A stretch of DNA of 64,000 nucleotides from Perna viridis (Eukaryota): positions 16,182,001-16,246,000 of the forward strand of contig CM074522.1 in the NCBI GenBank assembly GCA_037379345.1, given 5' to 3'. Positions 27,201 through 36,554 of the stretch are shown piece by piece. Each line of letters begins with the position of its first letter. Position 1 is the stretch's first letter. The position numbers and the translations under genes were made by a program. Below the pieces are notes generated by a model, which saw nothing but the letters and a program-made list of their open reading frames with translations, did no database searches and was not told the DNA's origin.

Positions 27201-27748
27201 AAGAAAGGTTGGTATTAATTTTTGGTATTATGGCCCCAACCTTTTTGGAACAAGGGGCCAAAAGGGGGCTAAAACATGTTTTTTTGGGTTTCTGATTATT
27301 AATTTTAAGTGAAAGGAATGGATCCCTTTGAAATTTTAACAAAATGCAATACCCAAATAGGAAAATTTGGATTGATTTTTGAGGTTGTAGGTGAAATCAT
27401 TTAGGAATTAAAGGCTAAAATGGGACAACTTTGATTCTTGCAGCTGTATCAAGTTTGAATGGTGTGTCCATACTTTCCCCAATTGTTCAGGTGTTGCACC
27501 TCTGTGGTATTATCATCAAGGCAGTGCCCTGCGAAGCATTTGATCAAAATTTTAAATGAATTTGTTCTTTAGGGAATATGTCACAAAGCTCAGTATATAC
27601 ATGTAACTTGATGAATTTGATTTTATAGGCCCAGCGAGATTATTTTGGAGCACACACCTACGAGCTACTGGACAAACCAGGAACATTCATTCATACCAAC
27701 TGGACTGGCCATGGTGGCAACGTTTCTTCAACAACCTACCAAGCCTAA
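3277..27748 (+). CDS. PGD: 6-phosphogluconate dehydrogenase, decarboxylating (483 aa, 14 coding exons)
   Basis: join(3277..3287,11331..11406,13800..13979,14473..14538,17234..17352,18377..18443,20000..20134,20867..20992,21313..21376,21925..22055,23466..23599,24282..24381,26194..26316,27629..27748) = 1452 nt. All introns are GT-AG and in frame. Motifs: GLAVMGQN (NADP binding), [41 protein letters not shown] (catalytic K/E), [30 protein letters not shown]. Confidence 0.97.
3669..3802. mobile_element. MITE with CAG...CTG termini and 7-bp TSD (TTATATA)
   Basis: Ends CAGGGTAGAAAA...TTCCTAACTCTG; ttatata on both flanks; inverted homolog at 4570-4724. Confidence 0.7.
4466..5520 (+). mobile_element. 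Helentron-associated (HINE/pearl-like) non-autonomous element with internal tandem cores
   Basis: 5' tagctcacctggccaaaggc...tgagcta sub-terminal inverted repeat. Repeated internal blocks (ttggtatgaat...gcatagaa...gatc...aaaaacatg...ttacta at ~4760-4950 and ~5075-5260; ggacgactccttgtaa at ~5295 and ~5460). Confidence 0.55.
4570..4724. mobile_element. Second copy of that MITE (inverted), 7-bp TSD TCTTCTG, nested in a HINE-like element
   Basis: Reverse-complement similarity to 3669-3802; tcttctg at 4563-4569 and 4725-4731. Confidence 0.72.
9835..10116 (+). repeat. Interspersed repeat (~280 bp), copy 1
   Basis: Direct homology with 15077-15352 (tcatataaccc.tgttcatagga...tatctcctaagagc...atagacctataaagcaacttaa...atcacattttaca). 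Confidence 0.85.
10632..10689 (+). repeat. Very short 3'-terminal fragment of the same element
   Basis: ttgtccctggattgcattcttctgattacggctataaccttgaatcccttgattac is the reverse complement of 544-599 with a few mismatches. Confidence 0.7.
11331..11406 (+). CDS. PGD: PGD exon 2
   Basis: ttttcag|G GGA GAT CTC... = [25 protein letters not shown]|gtaagt. Confidence 0.96.
13800..13979 (+). CDS. PGD: PGD exon 3
   Basis: ttacag|[60 protein letters not shown]|gtaagc. Confidence 0.96.
14104..14313 (+). repeat. Tandem duplication, period ~114 bp, in PGD intron 3
   Basis: tgaacagctccta...caacattttcag...ctacaaatttagtacatt...gtttcaaagaaccaatatc occurs at 14104 and 14218. Confidence 0.85.
14473..14538 (+). 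CDS. PGD: PGD exon 4
   Basis: tgtag|[22 protein letters not shown]|gtgagt. Confidence 0.96.
15077..15352 (+). repeat. Interspersed repeat (~280 bp), copy 2
   Basis: Direct homology with 9835-10116. Confidence 0.85.
15687..16080. mobile_element. Tc1/mariner-type MITE (TA TSD) containing a nested CAGGG...CCTG MITE at 15706-15922
   Basis: Outer TIRs TAcactgaaacctgt / acaggtttcactgTA; inner TIRs cagggattgacactaac / gttagtgttaaatcctg. Confidence 0.6.
17234..17352 (+). CDS. PGD: PGD exon 5
   Basis: ttttag|[39 protein letters not shown](W)|gttagt. Confidence 0.96.
18377..18443 (+). CDS. PGD: PGD exon 6
   Basis: ttgaag|(W)[22 protein letters not shown]|gtaagg. Confidence 0.95.
18673..18847. mobile_element. 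Palindromic non-autonomous element (foldback), copy 1
   Basis: Arms aataggataat...tgaataaccaaaatatgatcac / gtgatcatattttggttattca...attatcctatt; homolog at 25092-25243. Confidence 0.7.
18932..19147 (+). mobile_element. TTAA-specific MITE (Kolobok-type RR..YY termini), copy 1
   Basis: TTAA on both sides; homologous to 56115-56324 and to the reverse complement of 58534-58738. Confidence 0.8.
20000..20134 (+). CDS. PGD: PGD exon 7 (catalytic Lys/Glu)
   Basis: ttttag|[45 protein letters not shown]|gtaagt; overlaps ORF 20033..20242. Confidence 0.97.
20867..20992 (+). CDS. PGD: PGD exon 8
   Basis: ttgtag|[42 protein letters not shown]|gtagct. Confidence 0.95.
21022..21140 (+). repeat. Near-perfect tandem duplication, period 61 bp, in PGD intron 8
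   Basis: tcttacacttgatggtggagggtgaattaattggctgtttt(c)aatgaatagaagtcaag x2. Confidence 0.92.
21313..21376 (+). CDS. PGD: PGD exon 9
   Basis: attcag|[21 protein letters not shown](A)|gttagt. Confidence 0.95.
21925..22055 (+). CDS. PGD: PGD exon 10
   Basis: aatag|(A)[43 protein letters not shown]|gtaaga. Confidence 0.95.
22346..22767 (+). repeat. Minisatellite, 71-bp unit x6, derived from a HINE/DINE-1-like 5' end
   Basis: Unit atagttatttata(g/c)ccctgtacca.aggagagggttatactgttttacccttgtccgtgtgtccatccgtt at about 22346, 22417, 22488, 22559, 22630 and 22701. Confidence 0.92.
22707..22998 (+). mobile_element. HINE/DINE-1-like Helentron derivative
   Basis: 5' tttatacccc...gggttata inverted repeat, then GTCC/GTGT microsatellite-like core, 3' gagggtat subTIR, stem-loop GTGAGC-catt-GCTCAC (22971-22986) and T-rich end. 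Confidence 0.65.
23466..23599 (+). CDS. PGD: PGD exon 11
   Basis: ttccag|[44 protein letters not shown](S)|gtaagg. Confidence 0.96.
24282..24381 (+). CDS. PGD: PGD exon 12
   Basis: tttcag|(S)[33 protein letters not shown]|gtatag. Confidence 0.95.
24779..25070 (-). mobile_element. 3'-UTR-only fragment of the Penelope-like element (PGD intron 12)
   Basis: Close match to 541-835 (gagtaatcaa.ggaaccaaggtt...actccactaaaa.ctgggagcatggaccaggt...gcttttctagaaa). Confidence 0.85.
25092..25243. mobile_element. Palindromic non-autonomous element, copy 2
   Basis: gtgaataaccaaaatataatca...tgattatattttggttattcac...attatcctatt. Confidence 0.7.
25927..26118. mobile_element. TA-flanked Tc1/mariner-type MITE just upstream of PGD exon 13
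   Basis: TIRs TAccgtatagcgggtaattt / aaataacctgctttatggTA. Confidence 0.6.
26194..26316 (+). CDS. PGD: PGD exon 13
   Basis: ttttcag|[41 protein letters not shown]|gtaaga; inside ORF 26116..26397. Confidence 0.96.
26336..26460 (+). repeat. Intronic partial duplicate(s) of PGD exon 13
   Basis: 26336-26418 matches 26215-26297 at offset 121 with 3 substitutions; 26440-26460 matches 26213-26233 with 1 substitution. Confidence 0.93.
27629..27748 (+). CDS. PGD: PGD exon 14 (terminal)
   Basis: ttatag|[39 protein letters not shown] (TAA followed immediately by TAG). Confidence 0.96.
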   Translation, partial: AQRDYFGAHTYELLDKPGTFIHTNWTGHGGNVSSTTYQA

Positions 27749-30700
27749 TAGCAATCAGTCCAGTAGAAACATCATTCTTACTAATGATCAAAGTAACATG
27801 TGATAAAATCTTGTTAAAAATCTCAATTTATGTCAAATAAGTGCTATGTTACCAAAATATGTTCATAATATATATGTTTTTAATCTTGTCATATTATTTA
27901 AGTGCTGTTACACATATATGTATTGTAAGGGTCCTTTTTATTGGTTGGTGATTATTTTTGTTGTTGCAGTAGAATTAATGGAGTTCAAAACATTAATTTT
28001 TGTTCTCAACCACAAAATATATGAACGTCACAAATATAATTATTTCAACAGTTTGTGAAAGGGTGTAACTGATTCTTCAACCATTTTGTGCAATGTCCTG
28101 ATATAATTGAATTAAAAATTTTGTGGTAATCATACAAAAAATAGTATGTGTGTAATTTTTCACTTCACTTTCACATGGAATAATGACATTGCTCTTCTGA
28201 TCATGCTTAAATAGTTTGGGTGATACATGTGTGTATAATGAACACAAATACATGTCTATTGTACTTCTAATGTGGTAGTGTGTTCCTGAGTGTTTGTATC
28301 ATCTTAGTATGTTGTGGGTAGATGTGTATTAGAAGTGTGTCACTTGAATCTCTTAAAAATAATAAATATTTTTTCATTGCTATAAAAACTTCAAAAGCTC
28401 TTCTTTTTTGATTAAAAAAAATGCATGATAACAAAAATAAAAATGAAGAAAGAAAAATCTGATAGAAAATTTGCTTAAAAAAACATAAAAAAGACATTTC
28501 TGAAAAAAAGGAATTAAAATAGAAAAATTGCATAAAAAAATCTTTAAAATTTACAAAAGAAAAAAAAAACAACAGATATTGAGTACATTTTGTGTTTTCT
28601 TATACATTTTTTTAGACTTAGTTTATGGATATGATATGATGAAAAAGAAATAGTTTAGTTATTTATTTGCTGTTTAACTTAAGATAGTGCCATGTTTTAC
28701 CAAATGATTTTGTTTATTGTTACACTATAAAAATACTTTCACATACTTTTTTCATTTGCTTATGAAATGCTTTTTAGAAGCTTTTACTGAACACATTAGC
28801 AAGTTTTAACAAGAGTTATCACCCTTTCCATAGATATATTTCATCAACTCGTGATGATGAATAATACCACACATTAGAAGTTGAAACTCTTTTCATGTAA
28901 TGTATACATTTTTTTACTGTATTTAAATTATCTCTAATTTTGTACACAATATGTATGCATCTAATAAATTTTACAACTAATTGAATCAAATGTTTTACAT
29001 TCTTTTCTGTTATCTACCTTAGCACCAAGCTGCTAAGTTCTGGATTTACTTTTAAGTACCTCAAATTTAATATTTCTAATTTTCTTAGTTTTTTCTCAAC
29101 GATGACCTTGAATGAACATACTTCAGAATTGTTATGTAAAAATAATAGGTCACAAAACTTGATTTGGAGATAATGACGCCCTAATAAAAGCAATTTCTTG
29201 CATTTTATATCGATTCTGTAGGGAATTTTTACTTTTTCATGTGTATGAAAAACTGGTTCATAAGATTTCTTTTTAAATTACATAAAGAACAAGTGACATT
29301 CTTTCATATTTCAAAAAGAAAATTTGGGGTCACCAAACTCGTTTTCTTGTAAAGTAAAAAAAAAAAAAAAACTCCCATTACATTTTTTGTTGCCAATTAT
29401 CTCCCTTTGAAAAGGGCTCTTTATAGTATATATCTGTTATGAATGCTCCATGTAATAAAGGTATTGAAAGAGCAGATGTGCTGATGCTGATATGTTTAAT
29501 CTCAAATTTACCAGAATGCTTCATGGGCTGTGAGCTATTCCAGTCATGTCCATTGTGGTCTATTTAACAATAATTATTCTTCAAACATTTTCTTTTCTTT
29601 AACCACTTGGCAAATTTTGATGAAAGTTAGCAGGAGTATTCTTTATGGTATCCTACAAAAAAACAAGAAGGGATTTTTAATTGGTGGAAATTCATTATGC
29701 CTTTCTATTAATAGAACATATGGGTATAACCACTGATTTCTCTAAAACTATGAGAGATAGAAAAAAATTAAGATGGCTGATTTTTTATTTATTTATTTTA
29801 TTTATTTATTATTGTTTTTTTTTTTGCTTTAAGATGTCTACAAACGTCTCAATAGGGTCAATATGTTTTCAGTTTGTCAAGTCGATTTCCGTTTAATTAC
29901 GGTTATGGAAAATTAAGTATATATTTTTTAAAAGAGAAAAATGTCTAGTCTTGAAGTAGATATAGATGTAAAACCGATCGACCACTGCAACTCGCAGAAG
30001 TTTCAATTATAATGGCTATTAATTTTACCGTCTTGTTCTCTGTTAAACATGGAAAGCAAGATTTTAACACTGTTACAATCTGAAAACGTTGCTGGAATAC
30101 TTCATCGAAATAGCAATATTTATAAGGATAGAAAATTATTGTAGTGTAGTGAAATCATAAAAGTGTTGAACTTCTTGAAAGTAAATTAGTTTGTCCACAA
30201 AATTTATATTGCGTTTCAGCTGACAATAAGCATCTCGATAGACACCAATTGTGCTTCTCTGCTTTTCATTTTCCATTCATTCTTATGTGACAGGCTTCGT
30301 TTTCGAATACCAGCTTAAAAGAACCGCAAGATGTCACTGTCCTTAAGCCTGTGCAAGTTCGACTGCTTTTCCAATTACCGGTATTCATCTACATGAAGTA
30401 ACATAATGCATAATGCTACTGAAGATTTGAGGGACTCCTTTTTGGCCTTGAAAGATATTTAGTAATAAAATTCATTTAAGGAATTTAGGTCTTGCAGTAA
30501 TGTGTCAAGAAACATTAAACGTGTTAAGCAGGTTCCATTCAACACACTTATCAGTCAAAATCTTCATCCTATCATTAATATTTTATGGTTAATAAACATG
30601 AAGTGAAGAGTAGTGATTTTTAACTTAGTAAAATAGGCGGGAAATTTCAAATTGATAAAAAAAGTTTCTTGTTTTATGGGAAATCTTATGTTCATCATGG

Positions 30701-33700
30701 AAGTATTTTCTTAAGGTGAAATTGTCTTTTAGTATAATTACAGTGTAGGATAAATACTCAGTTAAAATAGTTATTGAATATTTTTTTTTGCAAATTAACT
30801 TTTGGACAGGTTTAAAAAATTAGGAAAAAGGTGAAATGGGACAAAATTTGAAAATGTGTTTGGTTGGATACTGTTTAGCTTATGATTTCTGCTTCAGAAG
30901 TCAGGAGTAAAGATTCACATTCAGTTTCTACATATTAGAAAAAAAGCAGTTCTTAATCATATGGGAGATACAAATGTAAGATCACAGTATTACTTTACAT
31001 CCTGTAATCATAAAAAGTTTGTTCATGCTACAATTTTCTCTAGAATCAAAAACCTAACAGCACTTTCATTTAGTATTGCACTACATCGAATCTTGCCGAC
31101 TTAGTACTTGACGTTACTACTCCAAATCCAGCCCACTGGAATTGCAGTGACCGATTATTTCTAATGCTGGTACATGTAGTGTTAATGGTATTGTCATTCT
31201 TCAATGTGTTCTGAGCTAGCTTTCAGTAACTGCGAGCGAGAAAATGTCTTATTTTTCTACATGGTTTATATTGAGGTATTCCATGAAGAGAATTGGCTGC
31301 GTTATTTTATGGTGTTTGCTGTTGCAGTTCATTTTTGACCTTACATTATAGAGTGGTGCTTAAGGCCTTCTAAAACTGGTTTAACTCCTCCGCAGATTTC
31401 ACGCGTCTATCCACAATTTGGAGATGTTGGTCATTTAGTATGTCTTTGTGTCGTTATATTACTTTTTTGTTTGACATCGTTATATTTGATAGAAACTAGT
31501 TGAACGAAAATATTGCCGGGGCTTCCAGGTTACAGGTGAACCGCGCTAAATAGTCCTGTAGTGACGTCGTCAGTATGTTCATTGCCCATATAGGTTATTT
31601 GAGTAAATGCAATATATTTCACTCCGAAAAGCCTTCCTCTGGAAGAAAGGTATCTTTCCTATTAGATCAGCTTCATATCAATTTTTCTGTTATCACAATT
31701 ATAGATTTATTTTGTTTTACAGTCCCTTAGTCATGTGTACTGTATTGCGTACTTTGTACAGGTTTAAGGCTTAACAATTCTTTACTGTCACAGTAATGCT
31801 TTATCTCCTCGCTGTCAATAAGTTAAAAATGACTACAACAAATTTTACGATACATCGAAATCAACGTCTCTTTTAAATGTTGCATTTTTAAATTAAACCT
31901 CCTGCTAAGTTTTATGTGAATAGATAATGAAATGATATCCAATAGAGAATATCTCTTGTCTTTTGATAGCTATGTTATCTTTCTGCTCTAGTGTTTGCCG
32001 CTCAACAGTTATTCAACTGCGAGACATGTTTTTCGTATTGAGAAAAGAGGCTATATTCATACAATTAAAACCACCCACAATATTTGACTTCGTTAAATAA
32101 ATATGTTTGAACACAAATAGACATTTTCAAAATGCAAACATATATGGCTTTATGACATGAGTTTGCAAATATAGAAGTATAATTGAAACAACATTTCTTA
32201 GCTGCATAACAGTTGTCATCTAGTACAGAAGTCAAGAGGTTTCCGATCACAATTTAAGTGAGGCACTTTAAATGGTTTGAAGAACGTTGCAGGAGTCATC
32301 TTTCGACAGGAACATCTGTTTTTTCCCGCCATTTTTATATGGTTGTAAAGTGCGTTGTGTTGGTCCCGCAGGCGGTATCTTAAGGAACAATATACCAAGT
32401 TGATGATTCAGCTGTTTTCGAAATTTCTTCGAAGTAAGATATATTTGCAGACGGTCATAATTAGAGTCACAGAGGATACAACTACAGCAATCTACAAATC
32501 CAAGTTCCTTTCATCGTTACACATCTTAAAAACCAGCTTCCTTCTATTTAAATACATAGTTCAGTTTCGAATAACCGTTAAACTAAAGCCTAAAAAAAAC
32601 GGATGCGACAGTGCCTGTTTAGATAGCTAGAATCCCCTCCCTATTGTTTTAAAACCTTGCCCAGAGTATTGGCAAAAATAAGCAAATGTTAGCTTGGGAC
32701 CTGCCCTTTTTAAGCATTCGCATGAGATGCTTTGATATACTGAACATGTGTTCGTACTATAACCTTTACAAGGAAACAGATTAAAACAACAACAACAAAA
32801 TCAACCGGGAAAACACCAACATAAAACATTCTGCTGCAAATGTATATTTCCTACAGCGATTGAATTCAGTCGACGACATATCTATACGGCATAGTGACGA
32901 TCTATGTAGTCAACTAAGTGCGTGTACAACATATCCCACAATTGACAGGAGCAGCTTGTTTCTCATGTTTAGATTCAGCACATTTGATTGCTTCAGATAC
33001 AGATGTCAAATATTTCAAACGGGTTTATATCAAAAAATAGTACAGCTTTCAATTAAGAGGTTAAATGTGGCAATCGCAAAAGGTGATAAGAAGAAATTAT
33101 GCAATGTTGCATTCCAACTGCGAAGTTCCATTAAGCGACCGGAATTTGGCTTGTCAGGAAGCCAAGCTTTATGTTCCTTCCTATATAAATGCTGCATGAA
33201 CTTGTTACATATTTTGTATACCTTTTATTCCTGATATCTACGGACTTCAAATAGTATTCACAACCTAAGGTTTCAAGAGAAATCCCTTAAGTCGGTCTAA
33301 TCACCTGTCTATCTCAGAGCCTAATAGCCAATGCTTATAAAAATGAAATTTAGTTCTTTATATCTTAATAAGATATAAAAAATACTAAACTTTATGTAAT
33401 CTCTATTCTCGTAAGAAAAGTATCAATCACAGAATGTGAGCAAGATGTGGAAACGTTTGCACGACAAATCGCATTCAATTGTTTAAGAATTCCAGGAAAA
33501 ATAGTAGTTTAATAACCGAATTAATCTTGATTAATTTTGTCTCTTATTCAAAGAAATTCTGCTTTAAGAGTTGGCATTTTAACGGTCTCGTTCATTGGGC
33601 GATAGTGTAACGGATATATGGCACAATTAGGCGAAATAAAATTCAAATCGAGAATTAAGATTCCATAAATAGAATTTTGACGTTGAACAAATTAGAGTTT

Positions 33701-36009
33701 CCTGTAACTCGAGACGAAATTCCGTTTTATAATAAGATGATGTGTATTTTTTATAGCTATCTTCCTTCGTCAAACCTCTTTTCCAACAAATAAATAGCAC
33801 TCAGACTGTTTATGTATTTAAAGATTGTCTTGTTCAATGAAATTGTTTCCTTGTGTTATGCAACACTTGTGTGGGATCCATAGATTCATGAGCAATGACG
33901 CTTGAAATGTGACGTCACTTAAAAATGTACATGTTTGTTTTAGAAAGCTGAAAGGTAGTTTTAATAATTTATTATGTGTTTTAATTTCTTATATAGTGCT
34001 AAATAGAAAATTTCCCAACTACAAAGAAATGTTGGAATCTTTACGAAATGTTAAATTCGCATCAAAATCGTTTATAATAAAACAACAGTAATTTGTCTAA
34101 TATTAAAATTGTATTAAACAATAGTAATTAATCAAAAGATTCTCAAGTAATCCCGCTAAAGACTATGCTTGTTTTTGTGCCCCCAAAAAACTAACACAGA
34201 TTTTGTCTTCATATTTATTTTGTATTTGTTCATCCAGCATGGAGATAGGTAACTATTTATAATGTCTTATGTTCGAAGAGACCAATACCAAATCAGAATT
34301 TCTTCCTAAATTTGGAACACTCTCCTTGGACACTTGTAACGACTATTTCAATCCGGTGTCTGTGATCAGTAAGGTTAAAATTCACTTGGAATGTCTATAA
34401 TACGTATTAAACGCCATGTTAATATCAAGTCAATCCTTTCTGGCGGTTAGTGGTTATGTTATTGAAGTATTTAGTAAACGTAAAATACGAATATTAAAAA
34501 AAAAGTTTACATGTAGGAGCCCAATGATAATTTCAGTTAAGTGTGCAACTTAAGCCGAAAAGATGAGCCATTTGTACCTACTGGTATACATGTACTAATG
34601 AAGTCAGCTGATTTATTTCTATACTCATGGGTCCATGGAAACACATAATCTAGATATCTAGATATCAAACTTCCATGATGGAATTGAATAGAGGAAACCC
34701 CTGAATGGAAAATAAAATAACTGTTTCAGACAGTATAAAATTTTTGAAAAATTAATGATTGTCTTTAAATCGCAGGCACAAATCCAAAGATTTTGGAAAA
34801 GGGGTTTCTAGAGTAATGGAGAGTGTCAAACATATTATTGGTCAATTGTTCCCCTCCTCACAATGTACGAATAAACAAAATTTTCAAACAAAAAAGGGGG
34901 GTTAAAAAACGGGAACACTACCCCCTTTGGATCCACAATTCCACCAGAATAAATATTATGCAGCTTAATAGCATCGGAGGAATTGTATTTTTCAAAATCA
35001 AACCCCCTTCTGCCTAACTCATGGGAACCGCTGTACTTTAATAATTTAAAATTCACACGGAATCATCTCATATAAACGCCATGAATTACCAAGTTTATCC
35101 TTTCTGGACATTGGCGACTACTTGTCAATTGTTTGGTAAACACTATGTTCGAACAAACCCGAGTTTATACGTCGTTGGGCTTTTGTATACCACCGCTTAG
35201 TGAAGAATTTCTATTGTAAACACTTCGTTTGTAGATTGATTAGTTGTATGAGAAGATTGTTTGAGCAAGCCGTGTATATTCCCCCACTAAGACTCCGATA
35301 ATCTTCACATATCTTTCTAAACAACGTGTTAAGATCTTTTCTGTAAAAATCCACGGTATATCAGTCACTTACAAACTCAATTGTAACTGTTTTTACAAGT
35401 TTGGTGAATAAACATACTTGAAATATTCATAATAAAATATTTTGATAAACAATTTTTTGATAAATTAAACGGCTTTTGATTGTTCTCGTGAAAATACCGG
35501 AATGTGACGACACTTTCCTTTTATTACATTTTTCAGCACAAAGGGTTTTTATTTGGGAGATAATATTTGTCCATTATAAGTGCGAAATGTAGCAGGACTT
35601 CGTGTTTATTTTGCCTAATTGACTGCTTTTGAGAAATATATTGATATATGTCTGAATTCCTTTTGAGGGAACGATATTTTAAATTTCGAGGAGGTGACCC
35701 TCCTGTAAAATTCTATATCTAAAATTTCTAAAAATAACTTATTTCTTATTGTCATTGACTTTTTTATCAATTTAACGCGTCAGAGTATTTCATCCTCTTA
35801 AATAGCAACTTTTTTTAGCAATTGGTTTAAAACCGGGTAACATCACAAAGACACTTAAAGAACTAATTATCCCTTTTACAAGTTAAATGGTCGGTCACAA
35901 AAATCTTATTCTTTGAACATCACCAGTTAATCTTGTAGGCACACAACAATGGCCCTAAAGTAAATAGACTAACCGAGTCGTCGAGTGATTTACTAAAAAG
36001 AAAGAGCTT

Positions 36010-36180
36010 TGTTGTTATTGGTCAGAGTGAAGCTTGGGAAGGTGTGAATTTTCTGATTGGAGATTTTTATTATTGAGAAGAAATAAATAACTTTGGAGAA
36101 AAATTGTGTGCATGAACCCGTCACTTGATCGCTTAATTACCAACCGTTTGTAGAAATTATTAAATACCACAGTCGATAAA
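36010..36180 (+). promoter_or_regulatory. Putative core promoter of the FAM132-like gene
   Basis: Two reverse CCAAT boxes (ttATTGGtcag near 36015-36025; ctgATTGGag near 36053-36062) and an AT-rich TATTAAAT near 36158-36165, about 250-400 bp upstream of the ATG. Confidence 0.4.
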
Positions 36181-36410
36181 TTGGCTATAATCGTAATTTA
36201 CGTTTTAATTTAGATTTTTGCTATTTTTCTCTTTCCCTATTTTCTCGTTGCGGATGGATTACATTTGAAATTGCATCAGGAGTGCAATTGTGGGGAAAAT
36301 AAGTTAATTGTTGAAAAATGGAGGATTACGATATATCGATTAACATCATTGACTCCGGATGATTTCCTACAAAAGGGCGATAACTTGCTGTTTCTTCTAG
36401 TTATATTGCA

Positions 36411-36554
36411 ATGATGCAGTCCATGTGCAATGTAGATTTTTTTGTGATTTTTATTTTTGCGTTTTTGACTTTTGAGTGTGTAGCAAAAGTGAATGATTAC
36501 ATGAACTCAGAGGATTTAGCTGACAGTTTCCCTAATTTGAGTGGAAATGATGAG
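36411..36554 (+). CDS. C1QTNF12: FAM132-like gene exon 1 (signal peptide)
   Basis: MMQSMCNVDFFVIFIFAFLTFECVA-KVNDYMNSEDLADSFPNLSGNDE|gtaagc. Hydrophobic core with a CVA cleavage-like site; phase 0 fits the next exon. The link across the 16.5-kb intron is inferred. Confidence 0.68.

Noticed and set aside
27746-27766. Stop-codon readthrough or peroxisomal extension of PGD
   Set aside because: The stop is TAA directly followed by TAG, there is no TGA-CTA context, and no PTS1-like extension results.
28267-28572. 101-aa Phe-rich ORF
   Set aside because: Translation of an A-rich low-complexity tract downstream of the PGD stop.
30190-30330. Possible RT fragment (resembles G-I-P-M-G-T-N-C-A-P-L)
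   Set aside because: Too short and degenerate to annotate without a search.
36271-36287. ttgca-tcaggag-tgcaa hairpin in the putative 5'UTR as an iron-responsive element
   Set aside because: The loop is not CAGWGN and there is no bulged C, so an IRE is not supported.
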